Below, in pieces: positions 1 to 9,037 of a DNA stretch of 56,166 nt. The position numbers and the translations under genes are program-made. The stretch comes from an uncultured Streptantibioticus sp. (lineage in GTDB: Bacteria > Actinomycetota > Actinomycetes > Streptomycetales > Streptomycetaceae), in NCBI GenBank assembly GCA_964398515.1, contig CAYNNX010000004.1, forward strand, positions 1 through 56,166. The letters run 5' to 3'. Under the pieces are notes generated by a model that had not been told where the DNA came from, searched no databases, and saw only the letters and a list, made by a program, of their open reading frames with translations. Position 1 is the stretch's first letter, and each line of letters begins with the position of its first letter.

Positions 1-928
1 CGGGAGCAGCGCCCTGCGCGGCGGATCCGGCACCGGGTTCGGGTATCGGCGCCGGTGCCGGGACGGCCGGGGCAGCCGGTGCGGCGGAGCGGCGGGTGTG
101 CTCGGCGGCCCGGCGCTCCGCCAGCGCGGTGACGGCACCCCGCAGGGGGAGCCCACCGCCGGGCCCCTCGGCGGGGGCGGGTACGGCCCGCGCGGACGGC
201 GGACCCGGCACCGTGTCCTCGACCGGTACCGCGGACGCCGGCCCGTGGACAGGTGCGCCGCGCAACTCGGCCTGGTGGGCGCGGAAGACCACCTCGCGGC
301 CCGTCAGGCCCGCCGCGCTCACGGCAGCGTCGTGCAGCACGGCCGCCGGGGGGCGTTCCCCGGCGGCGCGCAGCAGTTCGGCGACCGCCTTGCTGTAGGC
401 GCACGGCGCGACGGCACGCTTGGGCGGGGGCGGGGCGAGCACGCCGTACAGCGGCAGGCCCTCGGCCAACCCTCCCGGTTCCGCCGCGAGTTGGGCCCAG
501 GCGGTCTCGTCGGCGATCAGGTCGCACAGGACGGTCGTGGTGCCGGGCGGGCGCTGCCGGAGGGCGGCGGCCAGCCAGTGCCAGGGGAAGCCGGTGTAGC
601 GGACGGTGGCCGGCGTCGACCGGGCCAGGACCAGGTGCGGCAGACGCTGTCTGCGGTCCACGGTGACCTGGCCGCACACGTGGACGAGCAGCGGCCCGGG
701 GGTCGCGGCGGCGGTCCGCAGGTGTGTGGAGACGGTGTTGGCGTCGACGGGGTCCACGAGTTGCACGACGTTTCCGCCCGCCGGGCTGCCGGTCAGCACA
801 CGGGGCGCGACGGTCGCGAGCAGCGGCAGCGCCGTCCCGGTGTCCATCACACGGTGCCTGCCCGGCGGCGCGGAGGCCAGCAGCAACGCGCAGCCGTGTC
901 CGCTGTCTTCAGCCCCGTTGGTCGCCAT
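1..928 (-). CDS. hypothetical protein, 3' end outside the window (about 309 N-terminal codons visible)
   Basis: Absent from the ORF track because there is no stop inside the window. The reverse frame from ATG 928 (MATNGAEDSGHGCALLLASAPP...) stays open to position 1 with strong GC3 bias. The distal visible part is a Pro/Ala-rich linker. Start choice is uncertain. Confidence 0.5.
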   Translation of the reverse strand, partial: MATNGAEDSGHGCALLLASAPPGRHRVMDTGTALPLLATVAPRVLTGSPAGGNVVQLVDPVDANTVSTHLRTAAATPGPLLVHVCGQVTVDRRQRLPHLVLARSTPATVRYTGFPWHWLAAALRQRPPGTTTVLCDLIADETAWAQLAAEPGGLAEGLPLYGVLAPPPPKRAVAPCAYSKAVAELLRAAGERPPAAVLHDAAVSAAGLTGREVVFRAHQAELRGAPVHGPASAVPVEDTVPGPPSARAVPAPAEGPGGGLPLRGAVTALAERRAAEHTRRSAAPAAPAVPAPAPIPEPGAGSAAQGAAP

Positions 929-1245
929 GTCAGCACAGTAGCGGCCGTGTCGGGTATCGCCACCGCGGGCCGCTGGATCCCCCTGACGACGGCGTGATTC
1001 ACGCGACCTCGGTTGCGTGTCTTGTCACATGGCCGTTCGGCGTCGCACTGTGTCACCTGGGTGATGGTGCGCCCCTGTGACGAGCCTCACTCTCCGAGCA
1101 CACCGGCCACGGCCGCCACCGGGCCGGTCGGCAGCGGAAAGACACCGCCAATGTGACCGGATTGTCCCATCATGTATTGGTGTCACCTTTTCGTGCGATT
1201 GGTATCGTCCACAAGAAACTCCAAGGAACCTGAAAGGCGTCGTAG

Positions 1246-3033
1246 ATGAGCAACGCTGTCAAGGCCCCGTCGCGTGCCGATGGCGGCACCGGTACGGGGG
1301 CCGCCGGGCAGCAGCAGCCGAGGCGGTCGCGCGGGAGCACCGCGCTCTCCCGGCGCAGCGCGGCCGTACCGATCTGGTATCTGCGGCTGGTGGGCGTACT
1401 CAATCTGCTGACCGCCGTGTCGTTCACGCTGCGCGAGCAGGTGCACCATCACAACACCGGGGAGCTGTTCACCCCGTTCATGCTCTTCGCGGGCTTCAGC
1501 TCGGCGGCCGCGGCGCTGTTCATGGCGATGATGCTGGGGCGCCGCAAGCGGATGGCGTGGATCGTCTTCATGCTGCTGTGCGGCGGCTACGCCACGCTGT
1601 CGGTGTGGGGGCTGACGTACCACGTCTACCGGCAGCACCCGTTCAACTGGGTGTCCACGTCGATCACGCTGGTGGTGCTGGCCTTCACCCTGATCGGCCG
1701 CCGCGAGTACTACGCGAAGGGCGACCCGTCCAACCCGCAGCTGGCGCTCGCGGTGCTGGGCGCCGGCGCGCTGATCTCCGTGGTCGTCGGCACCACGCTG
1801 GTGACCGCCGCCGGCCCCGACCAGGCCAGCGTCGGCGACCGGGTGTGGTACGTGGCCCTGCAGATGGCGACCCTCAACCGCGACCCGGACTTCTCCACCC
1901 TGCACGTGGCCACCTGGCTGGGGGTGGGCATCAACCTGACCGGCCTGGCGCTCTTCCTGACGGTGCTCTACGCCCTGTTCCGTTCGCCGCGCGGCCGCGA
2001 GCTGCTCGACCGCCACGACGAGGACCGGCTGCGGGCGCTGCTCGACAAGCACGGCGCCCGGGACTCGCTCGGCTACTTCGCACTGCGGCGCGACAAGTCG
2101 GTGATCTTCTCCCCCACCGGAAAGGCCGCGATCACCTACCGCGTGCTGGGCGGCGTGTCGCTCGCCTCGGGCGATCCGATCGGCGACGTGGAGGCCTGGC
2201 CGGGCGCGATCGACGCATGGCTGTCCGAGGCCCGCGAGCACGCGTGGATCCCGGCGGTGATGGGCGCCAGCGAGGAGGCCGGAAACGTCTACGCCCGGCA
2301 CGGCCTGGACGCCCTGGAGCTGGGTGACGAGGCGATCGTGGAGACCGGCGAGTTCACCCTCGAGGGCCGGGCGATGCGCGGCGTGCGCCAGGCGTACAAC
2401 CGGGTCAAGCGGGCCGGGTACACCACGCGGATCCGGCGGCACGAGGACATCCCGGCCGAGGAGATGGCCGAACTGGTCGAGGCCGCGGACCAGTGGCGCG
2501 ACGGCCAGACCGAGCGCGGCTTCTCGATGGCGCTGGGGCGGCTCGGCGACCCGGCCGACGGCCGGTGCGTGATGGTGGAGTGCCTGGACGCGGAGGGCGA
2601 GCGGCGGGCGCTGCTCAGCTTCGTGCCGTGGGGGCCCAAGGGGCTCTCGCTCGACCTGATGCGCCGGGACCGCAGTTCGGACAACGGACTGGTGGAGTTC
2701 ATGATCCTGGACCTGATCCAGGGCGCGGACCAGGTCGGCGTGGAGCGGCTCTCGCTCAACTTCGCGATGTTCCGGTCGGTGTTCGAGGAGGGCGCCCGGC
2801 TGGGCGCGGGCCCGGTGCTGCGGCTGTGGCGGTCGGCGCTGCTGTTCTTCTCCCGCTGGTGGCAGCTGGAGTCGCTGTACCGGGCGAACTCCAAGTACCG
2901 CCCGATCTGGGAGCCCCGCTTCCTGCTGTTCGAGAAGAGCCCGCAGTTGCTCCGGATCGGCCTGGCCAGCGCTCGCGCGGAGGGGTTCATCACCACGCCC
3001 GCACCGCTGGCCCGGTTGCGCCGCGAGGGCTGA
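1246..3033 (+). CDS. membrane protein with a C-terminal aminoacyl-phosphatidylglycerol synthase (MprF/LysX-type, DUF2156-like) domain
   Basis: 595-aa track ORF. ATG is preceded by GAAAGG about 9 nt upstream. About 6 N-terminal TM helices are followed by a soluble domain with LSFVPWGPKGLSLDLMRRD and YRANSKYRPIWEPRFLLF, motifs I associate with PG lysyltransferase domains. Confidence 0.75.
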   Translation: MSNAVKAPSRADGGTGTGAAGQQQPRRSRGSTALSRRSAAVPIWYLRLVGVLNLLTAVSFTLREQVHHHNTGELFTPFMLFAGFSSAAAALFMAMMLGRRKRMAWIVFMLLCGGYATLSVWGLTYHVYRQHPFNWVSTSITLVVLAFTLIGRREYYAKGDPSNPQLALAVLGAGALISVVVGTTLVTAAGPDQASVGDRVWYVALQMATLNRDPDFSTLHVATWLGVGINLTGLALFLTVLYALFRSPRGRELLDRHDEDRLRALLDKHGARDSLGYFALRRDKSVIFSPTGKAAITYRVLGGVSLASGDPIGDVEAWPGAIDAWLSEAREHAWIPAVMGASEEAGNVYARHGLDALELGDEAIVETGEFTLEGRAMRGVRQAYNRVKRAGYTTRIRRHEDIPAEEMAELVEAADQWRDGQTERGFSMALGRLGDPADGRCVMVECLDAEGERRALLSFVPWGPKGLSLDLMRRDRSSDNGLVEFMILDLIQGADQVGVERLSLNFAMFRSVFEEGARLGAGPVLRLWRSALLFFSRWWQLESLYRANSKYRPIWEPRFLLFEKSPQLLRIGLASARAEGFITTPAPLARLRREG

Positions 3034-3097
3034 CGCCCGCACGGCGCCGCCCGGGCCCGTGAGGGGCTCAGCCGGGAGCCGGGGCCGGTCTGAGGGC

Positions 3098-3520
3098 TCA
3101 GCCGGTCGCCAGCGAGACCTCGGTGGCCTTGACGAGGGCCGTGACCGGGGTGTCCGCGGCGAGCCCGAGTTCGGTGACGGCGTCCTTGGTGACGGCGGCG
3201 GTGAGTTCACCGCCGCCGTCGATGGCGATCTTGGCGGTGGCCATGACCACGCCGGGGTCGACGCTGCGCACCCGCCCCGGAAGCCGGTTCCGGATGCTCA
3301 GGCGCTCGACCGGGCCGGTGGCCAGCGCGACCTCGGTGGACTTGACCAGGACGGTCACCGAGTCGCCCACGGCGAGCCCCAGGTCGCGTACGGCCTCCGC
3401 GGTGATCGCGGCGGTCACCTCTTGCCCGCCGGCCAGCCGTACGGCGACGACCGCCATCGCCTCGCCGTGCACCACGGAGGCGACGACGCCGGGGAGCCGG
3501 TTGCGGATGCTGAGGCGCAT
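3098..3520 (-). CDS. tandem TOBE/Mop-type molybdate-binding domain protein (140 aa)
   Basis: Start moved to ATG 3520 inside track ORF 3098..3958. There are two repeats, each starting RLSIRNRLPG (MRLSIRNRLPGVV... and ERLSIRNRLPGRV...). The upstream part of the track ORF is Arg/Pro-rich and looks non-coding. Confidence 0.8.
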   Translation of the reverse strand: MRLSIRNRLPGVVASVVHGEAMAVVAVRLAGGQEVTAAITAEAVRDLGLAVGDSVTVLVKSTEVALATGPVERLSIRNRLPGRVRSVDPGVVMATAKIAIDGGGELTAAVTKDAVTELGLAADTPVTALVKATEVSLATG

Positions 3521-3876
3521 GCGGACCGCCTTCGAAGGTCGGGGCTCGGTGGGCACCGGCGCTCGGCTCGGCGCCGCGTTCACCGCGTGATCATATGCCC
3601 GATTTCGCCGCATTTCACGCATGCCGACCGGACGGCTCACACCACACACATCGTCATGTTCCGGTCGAGCTCGGGCGACTGGAGCACACCGCCGCACACG
3701 CACACACGGCACACCAGACCGCCGCGACGCAGGTGGGCACGGGCCGGGGTGGTCAGCAATGCGCCACCGAACGGTCGCCGAGCGTGACCGGAAGCGATCG
3801 TTCGATGTGCGTTCGACGCCCGGGTGCACCAGACTACCGTCCGTTATCCGCAACCAGACACAAGGGAGTGTTCGAA

Positions 3877-4314
3877 ATGCGGTACCGCATAGGGACGTTG
3901 GCGGCTGTCGCGGCTTTGACCGCGGGCGTCGTGGCAGGCACCGGAGCCGCCGCGGCACACGCCCAGCCGGCCCGGCCGACCGGGCTGTACGCCCCTTCGG
4001 AACTCGTGCTGACCGTCGCCAAGGGCATGACGCCGGCCACTGCCACCGTGCAGCGCGCGGTGACGCTGCGCTGCGCCCCGACCCCCGGCGGCGACCACCC
4101 GGCGCCCGCCGAGGCCTGCGCCGAACTCGGCGCCGCGAACGGTGACTTCACCGCGCTGACCAACCCCGACCCGGGCCGGATGTGCATGCAGATCTGGAGC
4201 CCGGTCGTGCTCACCGCCGAGGGCGTCTGGAACGGCCAGCGCGTCTCGTACAACCACACGTACCCGAACTCCTGTATCGCCCAGAACGCGAGCCGGTACG
4301 TCTTCGAGTTCTGA
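3877..4314 (+). CDS. sti: secreted Streptomyces subtilisin inhibitor (SSI) family protease inhibitor
   Basis: ATG 3877 with AAGGGAG SD 9 nt upstream. Signal peptide MRYRIGTLAAVAALTAGVVAGTGAAAAHA. Mature part has the SSI-like pattern (LVLTV...LRCAP..GG.HP...AC.EL......F..L......MC..IWSPV.....GVWNG..V.....Y.N.C) with 4 Cys. Confidence 0.85.
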   Translation: MRYRIGTLAAVAALTAGVVAGTGAAAAHAQPARPTGLYAPSELVLTVAKGMTPATATVQRAVTLRCAPTPGGDHPAPAEACAELGAANGDFTALTNPDPGRMCMQIWSPVVLTAEGVWNGQRVSYNHTYPNSCIAQNASRYVFEF

Positions 4315-4354
4315 CGCTTCGCGCTCCGACGCCTCGCGCTCCGACGCGCAGCCC

Positions 4355-4388
4355 GCGGCCGGGCCCCGTCCACCGGGTGCCCGGCCGC
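4355..4388 (+). terminator. GC-rich hairpin downstream of the SSI gene (candidate intrinsic terminator, no U-tract)
   Basis: GCGGCCGGGC (4355-4364) pairs perfectly with GCCCGGCCGC (4379-4388), starting 41 nt after the stop. It is preceded by a perfect 14-nt direct repeat TCGCGCTCCGACGC at 4319-4332 and 4334-4347. Confidence 0.4.
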
Positions 4389-4487
4389 GCGGCCGTGGGG
4401 CCGTTCAGTAGGGTTCTGCTCCGGCCTGAGGCTCCGTGCAGCTCCCGCCGGCCCCCTTCCGTTCCGCCGATCGACGAGGTGTACGAC

Positions 4488-5723
4488 GTGTCCAGCGAGT
4501 CCAGCCGCAAGGCAGCCGGGTCCCTGACCGTCGTCGGCGTGGGGGCCGACGGCTGGTACGGGCTGCCGGCGCCCGCACAGGACGCGCTGCGCGCGGCGGA
4601 GGTGCTGATCGGCGGCCCCCGCCAACTGGACCTGCTGCCCGCCGAATGCGCCGGCGAGCGGATCGCCTGGCCGTCGCCGCTGCGCCCGGCCGTCCCCGGA
4701 CTGCTGGCGGCGTACGCGTCGCGCCGGGTCTCCGTCCTGGCCAGCGGCGATCCGATGTTCTTCGGGATCGGGCGGGCGCTGGCCGAGGTGGCCGGTCCCG
4801 AGCGGCTGCGGGTGCTGCCGCACCCGTCGTCGGTGAGCCACGCCTGCGCACGGCTGGGCTGGCCGCTGGACGAGACGGAGGTGGTGAGCCTGGTCGGGCG
4901 CCCGGCGGCCGCCCTGGCCGCCGCGCTGCACGCCGGGCGGCGGCTGCTGGTGCTCAGCGCGGGAGCGGACACGCCGGGCGAGGTCGCGGCGCTGCTGCGC
5001 GACCGGGGCTTCGGCCCGACCCGGATGCGCGTGCTCGAACAGCTCGGCGGCCCGCGCGAACGGCGCCTGGAGGGCACCGCCGACGCGTGGCCGCACGCAC
5101 CGGGCGACCCGCTCAACGTCATCGCCCTGGAGTGCGAACCGGCCCCCGGCACCATGCGCCTGCCCCTGGTGCCGGGGCTGCCGGACGAGGCGTACGAGCA
5201 CGACGGGCAGCTGACGAAGCGTCACGTCCGGGCGGCCACGCTGGCGGCCCTCGCGCCCGCGCCCGGCGAACTGCTGTGGGACGTCGGCGCGGGCTCCGGC
5301 AGCATCGCCGTCGAGTGGATGCGCGCCCACCGCACCTGCCGCGCCATCGCGGTCGAACGCGACCCGGTCCGCGCCGACCGCATCACCCGCAACGCGACCG
5401 TGCTGGGCGTCCCTGCGCTGCGCGTCGTCACCGGCCGCGCACCGCAGGCCCTGAACGGACTCCCCACGCCCGACGCGGTCTTCATCGGCGGCGGCGCGAC
5501 GCAGGAGGGGCTGCTGGAACTGTGCTGGCAGGCCCTCCCCGCACACGGCCGCCTCGTCGCCAACGCGGTGACCGTCGAGTCCGAGGCACTGCTGGCCACC
5601 TGGTACGCCCGGCACGGCGGCGAGTTGACCCGCATCGCCGTCGCCCAGGCCGCCCCCGTCGGCGAGTTCACGGGCTGGCGCCAGGCGATGCCGGTGACGC
5701 AGTGGACGGTCGTCAAGGGGTAA
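4488..5723 (+). CDS. cobL: precorrin-6Y C5,15-methyltransferase (decarboxylating), CbiE/CbiT fusion
   Basis: CbiE-like half (VLASGDPMFFGIG) plus a SAM-methyltransferase half (LWDVGAGSGSIAVEW). Start placed at GTG 4488 (GAGG 8 nt upstream); GTG 4479 is equally possible. The upstream part of the 513-aa track ORF is discarded. Confidence 0.85.
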   Translation: MSSESSRKAAGSLTVVGVGADGWYGLPAPAQDALRAAEVLIGGPRQLDLLPAECAGERIAWPSPLRPAVPGLLAAYASRRVSVLASGDPMFFGIGRALAEVAGPERLRVLPHPSSVSHACARLGWPLDETEVVSLVGRPAAALAAALHAGRRLLVLSAGADTPGEVAALLRDRGFGPTRMRVLEQLGGPRERRLEGTADAWPHAPGDPLNVIALECEPAPGTMRLPLVPGLPDEAYEHDGQLTKRHVRAATLAALAPAPGELLWDVGAGSGSIAVEWMRAHRTCRAIAVERDPVRADRITRNATVLGVPALRVVTGRAPQALNGLPTPDAVFIGGGATQEGLLELCWQALPAHGRLVANAVTVESEALLATWYARHGGELTRIAVAQAAPVGEFTGWRQAMPVTQWTVVKG

Positions 5724-6299
5724 CCGCGCTCGCGCCCGAGCCCCCGGCGGCCTTGGCACCGACGCTGCACGCCTGTGCGCAGGCGCGTCGGGCCGGGGGC
5801 GCCGCCCGCGGATGTGACGCCGGGGTGGTCGTGCTGCCGACGCTGCGGCCGAACGGGCGCCACCGCCGACGTGACGCCGGAAGCCGGCACACGGGCGTCG
5901 GCGGCAGGCGGCACGCCCCTCGTTGCGGCACAAGGGGCCGCACCGGCCCCCGGATCCGGACCGCCCATGGGCCGCACGCGGGACCGCGAGCAGGGCCGCC
6001 GGGGCCCGGGACCCGCCCAGCCGCGTGAGGACGGCGGCCGCAGCCTCGGCGCCGGCCACCAGATCCCGCCCGGGGGGATTCCGCTCCAGCCCCCGGCGCC
6101 CTTCGCACCGACGCGGCAGCCTGAGCCCGCGGCCGCGCCCTCCCGGCGCACAACAGCCGCACACACCCCCAGGACCCGCATCCCGCACCGCGACCCGAGG
6201 GCCCCCCGGAGGCGACCCAGCGCCGGGCCCGACGCCCCTTCGCATCGGCGCCGCACCGCGCGAACCCGGCACCCCGTACCGGCCGTCCGGGCTCGCCCG

Positions 6300-7427
6300 T
6301 CAGCCGTGGGCCGGGCCGCGTACGGTCGAGCGGCCGACCACCGTGCCTGCGCGGTCCGTGCAGAGGACGTCCACCGCGATCGGCGCGCCGCGCAGGACGC
6401 TCAGGGCGGTCTCACGGGCCGCCTCGGCGACCAGGTCGCCCAGGGGGACGCCTTGGGCGGCGCACAGATGTACCGTCTCCAGGCCGGTGTTGGCCGCGGC
6501 CACGGCGGCGGCCAGGGTTTCGTCGGCACCGCCGCGGCGGGCGAGGCCGGCCAGGAAGCCGGTGTCCACCTGGGATCGAGAGGAGTGCAGGTCGAGATGG
6601 CCCGCAGCGAGCTTGGACAGCTTCGCGAAGCCGCCCGCGACGGTGAGCCGGGGCACCGGGTGGCGGCGCAGGTACTTGAGGACCGCGCCGGCGAAGTCGC
6701 CCATGTCCAGCAGGGCGTCCTCGGGCAGGCCGTAGAGCCCGAGGACCGCCTGCTCGGAGGCGGTTCCCGTGCAGCCCGCCACATGGGTGCGGCCGGCCGC
6801 GCGGGCCACGTCGACGCCGCTGCGGATGCTCTCGATCCACGCCGAGCACGAGTACGGCACGACGATGCCCGTGGTGCCGAGGATGGACAGCCCGCCCAGA
6901 ATGCCCAGCCGCGGGTTCCAGGTGTGCCGGGCGAGCTCCTCGCCGTCGTCCACCGCGATCTCCACCTCGGCGTCCACCGGACCCCCGCAGGCCTCGGCGG
7001 CGCGCGCCAGGTGCTCGCGGATCATCCGGCGCGGGACGGGGTTGATCGCGGGCTCGCCCACCGGCAGCGGCAGCCCGGCCCGGGTGACCGTGCCCACGCC
7101 GGGACCGGCCCGGAAGACGACGCCGCTGCCCGCCGGCAGGAGCCGTACGGTCGCGCGGACCAGCGCGCCGTGCGTGACGTCCGGGTCGTCCCCGGCGTCC
7201 TTGACGATCCCGGCCATCGCGTACCGCCCGGGCGCGAGCTCCTCCGCCGCCAGCGCGAACGCGGGTTCCTGCCCCTTGGGCAGGGTGATCGTCACCGGGT
7301 CGGGGAACTCGCCGGTCAGCAGGGCGGTGTACGCGGCGGTGGCCGCCGCCGTCGCGCAGGCGCCGGTCGTCCAGCCGGGCCGCAGGCCGGTGCGCTTCAG
7401 CTGCGCCGCGCGCCCGCCCTCAGCCAC
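6300..7427 (-). CDS. cbiD: cobalt-precorrin-5B (C1)-methyltransferase
   Basis: 375-aa track ORF with GTG start. Motifs GWTTGACATAAATAAY and ILGGLSILGTTGIVVPYSCSAW are characteristic of CbiD. Confidence 0.9.
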   Translation of the reverse strand: MAEGGRAAQLKRTGLRPGWTTGACATAAATAAYTALLTGEFPDPVTITLPKGQEPAFALAAEELAPGRYAMAGIVKDAGDDPDVTHGALVRATVRLLPAGSGVVFRAGPGVGTVTRAGLPLPVGEPAINPVPRRMIREHLARAAEACGGPVDAEVEIAVDDGEELARHTWNPRLGILGGLSILGTTGIVVPYSCSAWIESIRSGVDVARAAGRTHVAGCTGTASEQAVLGLYGLPEDALLDMGDFAGAVLKYLRRHPVPRLTVAGGFAKLSKLAAGHLDLHSSRSQVDTGFLAGLARRGGADETLAAAVAAANTGLETVHLCAAQGVPLGDLVAEAARETALSVLRGAPIAVDVLCTDRAGTVVGRSTVRGPAHG

Positions 7428-7438
7428 GGCAGGCCCTC

Positions 7439-8194
7439 GTGACCGGGCGGCGGCACGTGCTGGTCCTCGGCGGCACGGCGGAGGCGCGGCGGCTGGCCGG
7501 GCTGCTCGCGGACAACCCGGCGCTGCGGGTGACCAGTTCGCTGGCGGGGCGGGTGGCGGCGCCGCGGCTCCCGGCCGGCGAGGTGCGCATCGGCGGGTTC
7601 GGCGGCGCGGACGGTCTGGCGCGCTGGATGCGCGAGCAGCGGGTCGAGGCCGTCATCGACGCCACCCATCCCTTCGCCGAAACGATCAGTCGCAACGCGG
7701 CCGTCGCGGCCGCCGCCGTCCATGTTCCCCTGCTGGGCCTGCGCCGCCCCGGGTGGGTGCCGCAACCCGGGGACCGGTGGCAGCGGGCGGCCTCGGCGGC
7801 CGAGGCCGCGCGGATGCTGCCGGCCCTGGGCCGCCGGGTGTTCCTGACCACGGGACGCCTGGAGCTGGCCGCGTTCGCCGGCCTGGACCGGCTGTGGTTC
7901 CTGGTGCGTTCCGTCGATCCGCCCGCGGCGCCGCTGCCCGCCCGCTGCGAGGTGCTCCTCGCCCGGGGGCCGTTCACCGTCGAGGGCGAGGCCGGGTTGC
8001 TGCGGCGCCACCGGATCGACGTGCTGGTCACCAAGGACAGCGGCGGAGCGGCCACCGCCGCCAAGCTGACGGCGGCGCGCCGGGCCGGCCTGCCGGTCGT
8101 GGTGATCGACCGGCCCGCCGCGCCGGAGGGCGCCGAGACCGCGGCGAGCGTCGAGGAGGCCGCGGCCTGGCTGCGCACCGCGACGAATACCTGA
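7439..8194 (+). CDS. cobK: precorrin-6A / cobalt-precorrin-6A reductase
   Basis: 251-aa track ORF with GTG start. Motifs VLVLGGTAEAR and VIDATHPFAETIS. The start lies only 11 bp from the divergent cbiD start. Confidence 0.85.
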   Translation: MTGRRHVLVLGGTAEARRLAGLLADNPALRVTSSLAGRVAAPRLPAGEVRIGGFGGADGLARWMREQRVEAVIDATHPFAETISRNAAVAAAAVHVPLLGLRRPGWVPQPGDRWQRAASAAEAARMLPALGRRVFLTTGRLELAAFAGLDRLWFLVRSVDPPAAPLPARCEVLLARGPFTVEGEAGLLRRHRIDVLVTKDSGGAATAAKLTAARRAGLPVVVIDRPAAPEGAETAASVEEAAAWLRTATNT

Positions 8195-8201
8195 CGGATC
8201 G

Positions 8202-8828
8202 TCATTCCTCGTCGCTCGCCAGGGCGTTGACGGCGGCGGCGGCCATCGCGCTGCCGCCGCGCCGCCCGCGTACCACCAGGTACTCCAGCCGCGAGGGGTG
8301 GTCGGCGAGGGCCTGCTTGGACTCGGCGGCGCCGACGAAGCCGACCGGGACGCCGATGACGGCCGCCGGGCGGGGGGCGCCGGCCTCGATCAGCTCCAGC
8401 AGGCGGAACAGGGCGGTCGGCGCGTTGCCCACGGCGACCACGGCCCCCTCCAGCCGGTCGCGCCACAGCTCCACAGCGGCGGCGCTGCGCGTGGTGCCCA
8501 GGCGGGCGGCGAGTGCGGGCACGGCCGGGTCGCCCAGAGTGCAGATCACCTCGTTGCCCGCGGGCAGCCGCCTGCGGGTGATGCCGCTGGCGACCATCGC
8601 GACGTCGCAGAGCACCGGCGCCCCGGCGCGCAGCGCGGTCCGGGCGGCGGCCGCCACGGACGGGCTGTAGAGCAGGTCGTCGACGAGGTCGGTCATGCCG
8701 CAGGCGTGGATCATCCGCACCGCGACCCGGCCGACGTCGGCCGGCAGCCGGGCGAGATCGGCCTCGGCCCGGATGGTGGCAAAGGACTGCCGGTAGATCT
8801 CGGCACCGTCCTTCTCGTACTCGAACAT
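8202..8828 (-). CDS. cobH: precorrin-8X methylmutase
   Basis: Start moved to ATG 8828 ([16 protein letters not shown]...) inside track ORF 8202..9035. Motifs [19 protein letters not shown] and [13 protein letters not shown]. Confidence 0.9.
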   Translation of the reverse strand: MFEYEKDGAEIYRQSFATIRAEADLARLPADVGRVAVRMIHACGMTDLVDDLLYSPSVAAAARTALRAGAPVLCDVAMVASGITRRRLPAGNEVICTLGDPAVPALAARLGTTRSAAAVELWRDRLEGAVVAVGNAPTALFRLLELIEAGAPRPAAVIGVPVGFVGAAESKQALADHPSRLEYLVVRGRRGGSAMAAAAVNALASDEE

Positions 8829-9037
8829 CCCGGGAGCATAGCGGGGCCGGAACACCCCGGGCACCGAGGTGTCCGAGGAAACCGCAGGTCGCAGGGGGCG
8901 TAACCGCGCGGGGCCGGAGACGTTACCGCAGCCGATAACCGTTGCCAGTGCAGTCTTTGGATCTTTTGCCGATTCGCGGTTCACTTCAGTGGGATCCGGC
9001 GGCACAGGCCGCACCGATGGCGAGGGGACGGACACGG

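Noticed and set aside
847-1056. 69-aa minus ORF and several plus ORFs (96..398, 98..997, 253..666) at the left edge
   Set aside because: All have Arg/Pro/Gly-rich shadow-frame composition. The open minus frame from ATG 928 to position 1 has the coding-like GC3 pattern instead.
1183-3210. 675-aa minus-strand ORF antisense to the MprF-like gene
   Set aside because: The Arg/Pro/Gly-dominated translation is typical of a shadow frame in high-GC DNA. The opposite plus-strand frame has clear membrane-protein and domain motifs.
3834-6272. 812-aa minus-strand ORF spanning the SSI gene, cobL and the following gap
   Set aside because: It is a low-complexity Arg/Gly/Ala/Pro translation antisense to two well-supported genes, so it is a shadow ORF.
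8829-9037. Possible cobalamin riboswitch (for cobH) or NiCo riboswitch (for the CDF gene) in the divergent spacer
   Set aside because: I found no GCCACTG-type B12 box in either orientation. GGCCGGAGACG (B12-box-like) and GTGGGATCCGGCGGCA (core-like) occur in the wrong relative order on the plus strand. I do not remember the NiCo consensus well enough to call it. A cmsearch is needed before any claim.
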